A stretch of 60,150 nt of DNA, the filler included, from Jimgerdemannia flammicorona (Eukaryota): assembly GCA_003990765.1 (NCBI GenBank). It is 3 parts of 3 records of this genome, joined end to end, with 100 filler letters (N's around TTAATTAATTAA, not from the genome) between each part and the next. Parts side by side here need not be neighbours in the genome. Positions count along the whole stretch, not along the records: positions 40,176 to 60,150 come from RBNJ01001788.1; 2 more parts are not named here. The stretch is one strand, 5' to 3'. Below, piece after piece: positions 51,036 to 60,150 of the stretch (position 1 is its first letter; each line of letters starts with the position of its first letter). The notes under the pieces are model-generated. The model did no database searches. It was given only the letters and a program-made list of their open reading frames with translations, and was not told the DNA's origin. The position numbers and the translations under genes are program-made.

Positions 51036-51462
51036 TATTCCCAGAAGCCCACCAATTTGGGAGAATCCGCACTCAATCAAGTTATCCTGCCAAGATCGTC
51101 ATACAGAAATTGCATAATTTTAAGATTGTTGTATTACACAAGAGATCATCATGTAGAGATTATCATCAATCAAGAAGGAAACTGCTAAATTACCAGATCA
51201 CACCATATAAGGAATCTGTCATGCTACACTAAATCATCTGTCACACACATATACTTATAAATTGCTGCTACACCCAGAGAACCATCCCAAAAAAGAAATC
51301 AAGCACAGATATCCAGCTTTGACTATTATACCACTAAATACCAAGGACCTCATGAATTACAAGAACATTTTATTGCTTTTTGACAAAGTAACTGGAAGCT
51401 TAAGCCAAACTACATCAACTCCCAATCTTGTAATTTGCCTCCATTGAGCTGGACACATTACA

Positions 51463-52215
51463 ATAATTTTGACAGATATTGCATTTCTTAAATATATCTC
51501 AGACTTGTGCTCTGAGATAGAGCTAGTATTGATATATTATTCATAGCTTTTCTTCTTTATTCTTCTATCCTTGGTGGGTCTTCTGGTTTTCTTCTCAGAT
51601 GAGGTCTTCTTGTGCTTTGATGATTATAGAACTTCCTTTAAGGCATGGTTCCTCAATATATCCTTCTTCTGATTTATTGAAATTGGTGAAAATATACTCA
51701 AAATTATTGTTAGCTTTCTCTACTTTGTGAATAATGGTAATTTTATAATCCTATAAAAAAGGAATCCAGCAGACAAGAATTCTGATAGAGTTCTTATATA
51801 TAGTTGAATAGTTATTTGAGAGTAGTATAGTCAGTTATCAGAGTGAGCCTTTTTCCAATAAAATAGTCTTGAACAAGGTAACTACTTATATAACTATAAG
51901 ATATTCAAGTTTAATGCTACTATAGTTGATATACTGCTGATTAAATATAAGCTATTATATAGTACTATTAGTCAGGTCCTTCTTGGGCTAAGACTGCTTT
52001 AAGACTATCTTTGGAAGCATTTATGTACAGGATGAATGGCTTCTGTAGATTGGTCATATAAAGACTGATACTGTAGTTATATATACTTGAGTTCTCTGAA
52101 GACTAGTTCTTATAGTTCTATCCATTTATAGAATACTTCTTTCTTGAGAAGAGTTCAAATTATGTATAGTAGTAATTTGGATAAAGTTTTTAATAAATCT
52201 TCTAAAATTAGATAC
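51463..52215 (-). mobile_element. Gypsy family 2 RH/IN fragment
   Basis: Reverse complement homologous to 17650-18400 and 48150-48690 (PFILY..AS, KKCNICQ). Confidence 0.75.
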
Positions 52216-52518
52216 TTTTTTTTTTTTTTGTAAGCACTAGGCCTCTTTATTAACTAATCTATAATAAATATAAGGTCTTCATACTACACTGGTAGCTCCA
52301 GAAAATCGTCAGGCTTTATCTGATTTATAGACCAAAATATGACAGACTTCTCTTTAGGCTTAATCTGATAAACAGATCAAAATTGATAGACTTCTTTATA
52401 TCAGAAAGTAGTCTAGAGTGGAAAAGAAATGTAGCTATAATTTCTTAACAGTGGCTTATCAGCAGAAATATCTTCTATAATAGTATTATAATCTTTTCTA
52501 GATTAAGTGACTTTCTGA

Positions 52519-55500
52519 CATCTCTCTTTAGTAATATTCAGGTTACACAACCTTCGGGCAGTACTTACAACATCATTTTTGAAGAAAAGAGACTAGCAAC
52601 ATAGTGACCCATAAGTATTCTGAGGTGCATACTGGGCAGGGTGGCCCTATCACATTCAACTGGCAGTATATGAAGAGGGGCTCTGGCTTGGGGGGAAGTA
52701 TGAGGGGTCTGCTGGCAGGAGGATATAGAAGGGGAGGGAGCAGAGTTGGTGGACAGGGGATAGGGAGGGCAAGCTTCATAGATTTGATAAGGGAGAGATA
52801 GCCAGCATCAGGGCTGGAGGGCTGGCTAAGGAAGGGCAAGGAGACAGTAAAGACTGCAGGGTGTGGGGGAGCAGTCCTTGGTAGTGAGGGCAGTGGAGCT
52901 GGGGGTGAAGAGGCTGGGATGAGTATGATGGCTGATAGCAATAAGACTGTCAATCTGGAAAAAAATCCAGATATGACTGCTGATGATAGAGCTGAGAGGA
53001 TGGGGCTTGGATGGATAGGGGATCTGATGGATAGTGTAACAAGCCTGGTAATGGCCCCATTACTCAAGAAGTTGATCTCAGAGTTTGTGGTTACTTTGTG
53101 CTTCCAGGGCTTAGCAGTAATGATAAAGATAGTGCTGGGGCTAATTACTAAGCAGATGGCTGGAGCAGTATTCATGAAGTTTCTGAAGGGATTGAAAGAA
53201 TTAAATGTGGGCTTTCAGGAGGCTGGGTCATTGGAGGATATACTGAAGGTGGGGCTGACTGTTGGAGAGGTATGCATTCCAATAGTGTACTGCTTGAGGT
53301 GGGATCCCAGGGTGGTGCAACTGCTGGTGAAAGGAGTACCCATGGTGACTGCTGTGAAGATGAGGAGGAGAGTTGAGGAAGTCATAGCTGAGTATGGAGA
53401 AGTAGTTGATGTTGTGTTTTAGGTCTGGGAAGGGATCTCATTCAGAACTATACATATTGATGTCAGGATTCAGTTGGCTAGAAGGGAAGCTACTGAGAAG
53501 ACTAGAGACTGGCCTTCAGTGATAGTCTGGAGAGCATTCTTGTGCAAGGTAATAAGGATGAAGGGGAGTGAGGAGGAGGAAGAGGATTTGTTGGAGGTAC
53601 TGGAGAAGCTGAGTGATGCAGTGGAGTAGAGGGCAAAGGCTTGAAAGGAGTATGTAGAGTTGACACATTTGGAGGTAGTGGATGAAAAGCAGATCTGAGT
53701 AGATAAGGGACTGTGGGAAAGATCAGAAGGATGCAAGATGCAGCAGAGAGAGCTGCTAGCAAATCCAGAGAGTAGGGCAAAGAAGGATGCTGGTGGAATT
53801 GAGGACACTGGGGGAGCCAAGGTGAGTGTCTGAGCTGGTGAGGGTAGAGGGATTATAGAGAAGGGGCAAGGAGTGGACAAGGAGGTAACTGGCAATAATC
53901 TGTAGGCAGATGGTATGTTTGAGGTCTGGGAGGACTCCTCTACTCCTACTTCTCTTATCAGGCAAAGTCCAGCTTCAAGGGGCAGAGTCGAAGAGGATGT
54001 GCCCATATGGGGGGCCCACTGAGTTCACTTTGAAGTTCCTGAGGTAGAGAAAGGGGGATGAGTGGTGGCTGCTGGTGAGGATGAGCTATAGATGTTCTTG
54101 ATGAGGATTGAGATGAGATGACAAGTGTAGGGGCTGATATGTCAATGCTGGGGAGAGGGCAGCCAGTGACTCCTGGGGGAAAGAAGGTGGGAAATCTACT
54201 GTGGATATACCAGATGATGAATAAATTTATGGCTGAAGAGCTGAAAGAAGTGGACCTGAAAGTGATGAGTGATGAGTATTGGGTAAGGGTCATGTATGGT
54301 GATGGAGTGGTGGAGATATTGAAGGCAGAGGTACTTATAGTTTTTTTGGAAAAGAAAAAGTATGAGATTGATAAGGAGAGGAAGGCCAAGCTGGTGGTTG
54401 CTGCTAGTGAGTGGACCACATTCTGTTGGGCAGAGCATCATGGGTTGCAGCTCTGGCAGAGAGTCTGCCTGGAGTATTATGAGGATTTTGAGAGAATGGA
54501 GGATGGGGTAATAACTGAGCTACTGGATGGATTGGCAGCTATAAGGGCTGAAGAGGAGGAGGTGTCTGCTGAATACAACCTGGAATTGGCACTGGAGGAG
54601 ATAAATATAGAGTAGTAGAGGATGTGCTTGATATTTTATAACATTCCTTATATATAGTACAACTAACATTTTTTCTTTGAATGTGAATGGGCTATAAGAT
54701 TCATTTTGATGTTGGAATATTTTTGCTTGACTGAAGGGATTGGAAGCCAATCTCTTTTTTTGGCAAGATGTCAGATGTGAGAATGATTTGGATAGACTGA
54801 AATGGATGAATAAATGGAGTGGTGAGACAGTTTGAAAGGGCAAGGTTGGGATTCTGGTCCAGAGAGGCAGAGGGGAGATATGAGATATAAGGAGCTGGAA
54901 AGATAGACTGATTTGGGGAGAGTGGATATGTACAGGTTGGGAGCCAGTTACAGTGGAATCTTGCTACTGTCCAGCTGTGTGGGGTGAGCATATAGATTGT
55001 GTGAAGGGTCTTCAGAAGAGTTGGGCCCTTGTAGAGGCTGGAGAGGATGTGCTTGGCATGGACTTTAATATGGTTAGAGATGTATTGGTGGATAGAACTG
55101 ACAGAGAGCAGGGGGCTGAGGGTTGGAGTGAAGGTCTGGAGACATTGAAGGAAGTGGAGAGACTGAGTGTACTGGTGGATGCTGGCAGTGGATTTGGGGA
55201 TAATAAGAGGGTATATATATACTGGGCAAGTGGTCTGGAGACAAGAATTGACTGGGTTTTGATAGTGGACTGCTGGGGCTTAGATGTTTAGAAGTTACTG
55301 GAGGTTGAATGGTATCTATGGTCTGATTACTGGGGGTTGCTGGGATAGGGGCATTTTGGGGGAAGTGGGAATGAGCCTGGACATTAGTATCTCAATTTCT
55401 CTTTATTGAACAATAAGGTGCTGTGAGACAAGTAGGCTGAGGATATTTGGTAGTGGGTGGCAGGTTGGATACAGGAAGATGTCCTGGTTGGTGTCAGGTG

Positions 55501-56169
55501 GATGTGATTGAAAGAGACTGCTAGGGTCTATTGGGGTGAGGCTGGCAAGGTGGCCAGAAGACAGAAGAGGAGGAGGGTAATGTGGCTTCTGCTTGACTGG
55601 CTAGGCTTCTGGAAGATTGGGCTGGTCTGTTGGCCCTGGAGGGGGTGGAGAACTGAAGATTGATACAGATGAAAAAGGAGGTTGAAGAGTTGCAACAGGT
55701 ATTGTAGGAGGAAGAGAAGACACAGGTACAGAGTTTGGCAGTGTAGTTATATTGGTAGGGGTTGGAGGAAGGGGTGAGGCCATCTATTTCTCACAAGGGC
55801 CCTTCAGGCAAGGAGAGTTAAGCAGAGGTGGGAGGGGGTACTGAATGCTGATAGTTTACTGGTGTACCATATATAAGATATTCTCAGATTATTAAAGAAG
55901 AGGTGAAGTGGTTTGTGGAGTAAGAAGGAGGGTGGGGCTGATACTGCTGCCATTGACTATACTTTAGAGGATTGGCACCCACCATAAGTAGAAGGTCTGG
56001 GTATCTTGGTAATACTGGTATAGGAGGAGAAGATTCATCAGGTTCTTGCTGTGACTATACTAGATATGGCACCAGGAGAGGATAGTCTACCCTAGGACTT
56101 TTGGAAGAAGATGGTGAGAATCTTCAGAGTGCTGGAAGAGCTGATGGCACTTTGTGACTTGGTATAGTG
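52519..56169 (+). mobile_element. Decayed LINE copy (leader, ORF1, EN, start of RT), cut at 56169
   Basis: ORF1 remnants 52604-54615; EN GMDFN, TRIDW; many TGG-to-TAG/TGA stops. Confidence 0.85.
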
Positions 56170-58520
56170 CACTACACTTATACTCAACCTTTTTGCTACT
56201 CCTTTTTAATCTATTTAATAAAAAAAAAAAAAATCAGAAAATGATAGAATATTCTATCAAGTTTAATAAAATGAAGAGCTTTTTTAATTATTATATATAA
56301 TATTTTAATCAAAATAGTTTTTTTATTATTTTATAATAAATATTAAGACCAGTCACAATTTCAGCCTTAAATTAAAGCCAAATTATAAATTCTGGTCACA
56401 ATTTCAAAGCCAATAAAATATTAAATAAGAGCAAAATTATAACTAACTTTAGTAAATCATTAATAATCATATTATTTAAAAAAAAGCTCATCATTTAAAT
56501 AAAGTAGATAATATTTACTATTTAAATTTCTAATAATATATTTGTTTAATATGATCAATATAAAGGAGAAGAGATTTAAAAAATGTAAAGATCTATATTA
56601 AATAAGTAAAAAAATAATCTTCATTAAAATAATTTATATAATAATAAAAAAAAAAGCTCTTCAATTCATTAAACTTAATAGATTTTTCTATCAATTTCTG
56701 GTTTTTATTTTTATTTTATTAAATATATTAAAAAGGAGTAGCAAAAAGGAGTGACAAAAAATTTATAATAAGTTTAGATGCAATTATTAATTTGTGACTT
56801 AGTAATTTTGGCATTATTCTATGGCTAATGAATTGGCTGAATTCTCCTTCAAGTGAGCTTAAATCAATTACCAAAAGTGGCCTTGAATTGTGTTTACCTT
56901 TGTCAAATTTCCCTTTAAGTGACCTTGAATTAATTACCAAAATTAGCCTTGAATTGATTACCAAAAGTGGTCTTAAATTGTATTCCCAAGGTAGATCAAT
57001 CCATCTCCACCTTCCCTCACTTCCACTTGATCTATCTCAAGGAAGTGGGGAGGGAAGGTGGATTAGGTGGAAGTGGGTTGGGTAGAAGTGGGGGAGGGAG
57101 AAGGTGGAGGTGGATTGAGTGGAAGTGGGAGAAGGTAGAGATGGATCAATCTATCTCAGGAACATGATTTAAGGCCACTTTTGGTAATCAATTTAAGGCC
57201 ACTTGAAGGAGAATTTGGTGAATTCAGCAAAGGGAAATAATTTTGGTAATCAATGGCAAAGGGGAGCCATTCTACCCAATCCACCTCCCCCCACTTCCTC
57301 AAGATAGAGTGGAGGTGGATCGAGTGGAAGTGAGGGAAGGTAGAGGTGGATTGAGTGGATTGAGTGAAATTGAGGTCCTTCCCAACTTCCAATCAAGAAC
57401 ATAATTTAAGGATACTTTTGGTAATCGATTTAAGGCCAATTGAAGGAGAATTTGGAGAATTTGGCAAAGGGAAACAATTTTGGTAATCAATGGCAAAGAT
57501 GAGCCATTCCTTCTGATCCACCTTCCCCCACTTCCTTAAGGTGGAGTGGAGGTAAATTGAGTGGAATTGAGATCCTTTCCCACTTCCACTTGAGGACATG
57601 ATTTAAGGTCACTTTTGGTAATCAATTTAAGGCCACTTGAAGGAGAATTTGGGGAATTCAGCAAAGGGGAACAATTTTGGTAATCAATGGCAAAGGGGAG
57701 CCATTCCACCTGATCCACCTTCCCCCACTTCCACCTGATCCACCTCTCCCCACTTCCTCAAGGTGGAGTGGAGGTAGATTGAGTGGAAGTGGGGGAAGAT
57801 AGAGGTGGATTAAGTGGAATTGAGGTCCTTCTCCACTTCCACTCAAGAACATGATTTAAGGCCACTTGAAGGAGAATTTGGGGAATTTGGCAAAGGGAAA
57901 CAATTTTGGTAATTGATGGCAAAGAGGAGTCATTCCACCTGATCCACCTTCCCCCACTTCCACCTGATTCACCTCTCCCCACTTCCTTAAGGTGAAGTAG
58001 AGGTGGATTGAGTGGAAGTGGGAGAAGGTAGAGATGGATCAAGTGGATCAAGTAGAATTGAGGTCCTTTCCGAGAATATGATTTAAGGTCACTTTTGGTA
58101 ATTAATGGCAAAGGGGAACAATTTTGGTAATCAATGGCAAAGGGGAGCCAAAATTGTATAAGTGCAGTTTTGAAAGTGCAGTTTGAAGTGTGGTTTGAAG
58201 TGTGGTTTGAAAAGTGTGGTTTGAAGTTCAGTTTGAAGTGCCCTTTAAGTGGCCTTAAATTGATTACCAAAAGTGGCCTTAAATCATATTCACCTTTGCC
58301 TCAAGTGGTCTTAAATCAATTACCAAAAGTGGCCAAATTCTCCTTCAAGCTGTGCACTTTAAGCTGTGTACTTCAAGCCTCACTTAAAGCTACACTTCAA
58401 GCTATACTTCAAACTGAACTTCAAACTGAACTTCAAACTGCAGCCACACTTCAAACCACACTTCAAACCACACTTCAAACAGCACTTCAAACTGCACTTC
58501 AAACTGTACTTCAAATATAG
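56170..58520. mobile_element. Probable DNA-transposon terminus starting CACTAC, with AT-rich inverted repeats and a complex repeat array
   Basis: Abrupt LINE break at CACTAC; inverted arms 56188-56290 / 56650-56749; ~200-240-bp tandem units 57150-58150; TTTGAAGTGTGG / CCACACTTCAAA inverted arrays. The second terminus is not seen. Confidence 0.5.
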
Positions 58521-59296
58521 ATAATTCAAGTGTGACATCTATATTTTATTTCTAACTCAGCTATAAGATTGTTTGTCTGTCATTATTGTTAAAAATCTGT
58601 CTTTGATATCTTACATGACCAAGGTATATAATATATATTTTTTTCTGAGATGGGAGACGAGATGGGTGATGACATATGAGATAAGCAATGAGAGACAAGA
58701 CAGGTATAGGAGATGAGATGGGCAATGAGAAATAAGATAGATGATGGTTATGTCTATCTCTTTGCCCATCTTGTCTCCTATCACCCATTGTATTGTCACT
58801 CATTTCTTGTCTCATCTCCCATTGCTTGTCTTGTCTCCCATTGCTTGTCTTCTATTATTCATCTCATATCACATTTTTAGATGATCTTACTAAATTATTA
58901 AATTTATATTTTTTTTTAGTTATAAAAAAATGCCAAGACTATCTAAACAAACTCAGTACTTACAAAGTTTACAAAAAAGTAAACTTGAAGAAGAGATTAT
59001 AGGTAAATATTATTATATAAATATTATTAATTTTATAATATATTAATTACAACCCTAACTCTAATTATAATAAAGATGATGATGATAAGAGAGAAGAAGA
59101 AGAGGAAGATAATGAAGATAGTGAGGAAGAAGATAATGAAAGAGAAGAAGAAGATGAGAATGATGATGATGAAGATGATAATAATGAGGATGAAGATGAA
59201 TATGAAGATGAAAATACAGATGAAGATAAAGATAGAGATAAAGATAAAAAAGCTGATAATAGTTGGAAATGTCATATTATTGCACTTGATACTCAT

Positions 59297-59770
59297 ATGA
59301 AGAATTTAGAGAATCTATCTCTAAATTTTATTTCAAAATACATACATATATTACAATATATGTTATTTAGAAATAATAATAGAAGTGCTTCTCAAGCTAG
59401 TCATCTGATTGCAGAAAGTATCAACAAAGGCTTATACTATGTAAAGCATTTAAAAAGATGGATACAAAATTGGATTGACAATAGAACTCTTCTTATTTCT
59501 CAGCAAGGAAGACATATTAAGAAGAAAAGTCTTCTTAAAGATAAAAACATTAAACTTGTAGTTAAAACTTATATAGAAAATAATAAGTTTACTGTTACTC
59601 CAAAGTCTCTCAAAGAATATTTAGAAAAAGAGATTCTTTTGACATTAGCAAAATCTATACAAATTCATGGAGATACAGCAAAAAGATAGATGCTAAAGAT
59701 GGGCTATACTTATAGTAGGCACAGAAAAGTTCTTTATATTGATGGTTATGAAAGAGATGATGTTAAAGTA
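59297..59770 (+). pseudogene. N-terminal fragment of a fungal Tc1/mariner-like DDE transposase, cut by a LINE
   Basis: W...W...R.L..SQQGRH..KSLL.D; TA.R(W)..K.GY.Y..H.K..YIDG(Y)ERDDV; superfamily call is from recalled motif similarity only. Confidence 0.55.
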
Positions 59771-59784
59771 TCCCATCAAGCAAG

Positions 59785-60150
59785 CATCTTTCTCTGGTAA
59801 CATTCAGGTTACACAATCTTTTGGCAACACTTTCAATGCAGTTTCTGGTGACAAGCTACTAGTATTATGGCTACCAATGAGAATCCTGAGGTGTGTACTG
59901 GGCAGGGTGGCCCTGGAGCATTTGGATGGCAGCATGTGGGGAGAGGACCTGGCTTGGGGGGAAGCATGAGGGGCCTGCTGGCAGGAGGACATGGTGGAGG
60001 AGGAGGCAGGGCTGGAGGACAAGGGTCTGCCAGTGACAATGGGGGAAGATCTGGGTTCCTGAGCTTCACGGACAAGGTCAAGGAGAGTGGGTGGCCGGCT
60101 GGTAATAGAGCTGGTACTGCTGAGGGGAAGGGCAAGGCGAGCCTAGGGAG
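59785..60150 (+). mobile_element. 5' end of another LINE copy (leader + start of ORF1 at 59867)
   Basis: Leader CATCTTTCTCTGGTAACATTCAGGTTACACA; ORF1 start TGQGGPGAFGWQHV. Confidence 0.85.

Larger units (their letters stand above)
41608..51462 (+). mobile_element. Gypsy family 2 copy (RT-RH-IN-ORF3 relic-3' LTR), split by a full-length LINE
   Basis: RT MPFGLCNSPSTFQR, YIDD; RH PFILYRDA|S split by the LINE; IN CDTCQ, YYPQSNG; PPT AGTGGGGG 50072-50079; LTR 50081-51462 (TG...ACATTACA). Confidence 0.85.

Noticed and set aside
57150..58150. Regularly recurring repeats resembling a CRISPR array
   Set aside because: The intervening sequences are themselves repeated rather than unique spacers; no cas genes; eukaryotic TE context.
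59033..59300. Hydrophobic I/F-rich and M/K-rich ORFs
   Set aside because: Alternative frames of a low-complexity GAT/GAA (Asp/Glu) tract upstream of the transposase fragment.

Overview
This is a eukaryotic transposon graveyard, probably from an early-diverging fungus. That origin is inferred from a Crinkler-type gene fragment, short GT-AG introns and fungal-type transposase motifs. Almost all of the window is nested mobile DNA. It holds about ten copies or fragments of a G-rich L1/Tx1-like LINE family (one full-length at 42344-48131 with poly(A) and a 13-bp TSD), and a full-length Ty3/Gypsy element (5856-12548, 458-bp LTRs, ATAG TSD) inserted in a Copia relic. It also holds decayed copies of a second Gypsy family, a solo LTR, a complete 6.5-kb hAT DNA transposon (22036-28553, 17-bp TIR, 8-bp TSD) and a CACTA-terminated repeat-rich element with a Tc1/mariner-like transposase fragment. 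Highlight 1: the hAT carries, convergent with its transposase, an intron-containing cargo gene with motifs of a TET/JBP-like 2OG-Fe(II) dioxygenase, in a region showing strong cytosine decay. Highlight 2: a 116-bp U6-snRNA-derived sequence with a non-U6 3' tail and a 15-bp TSD sits inside the hAT transposase. Highlight 3: both Gypsy families share an unusual layout, with a dUTPase in pol, integrase in a separate overlapping frame and a conserved unknown third ORF. All calls come from manual motif reading; no database searches were run.
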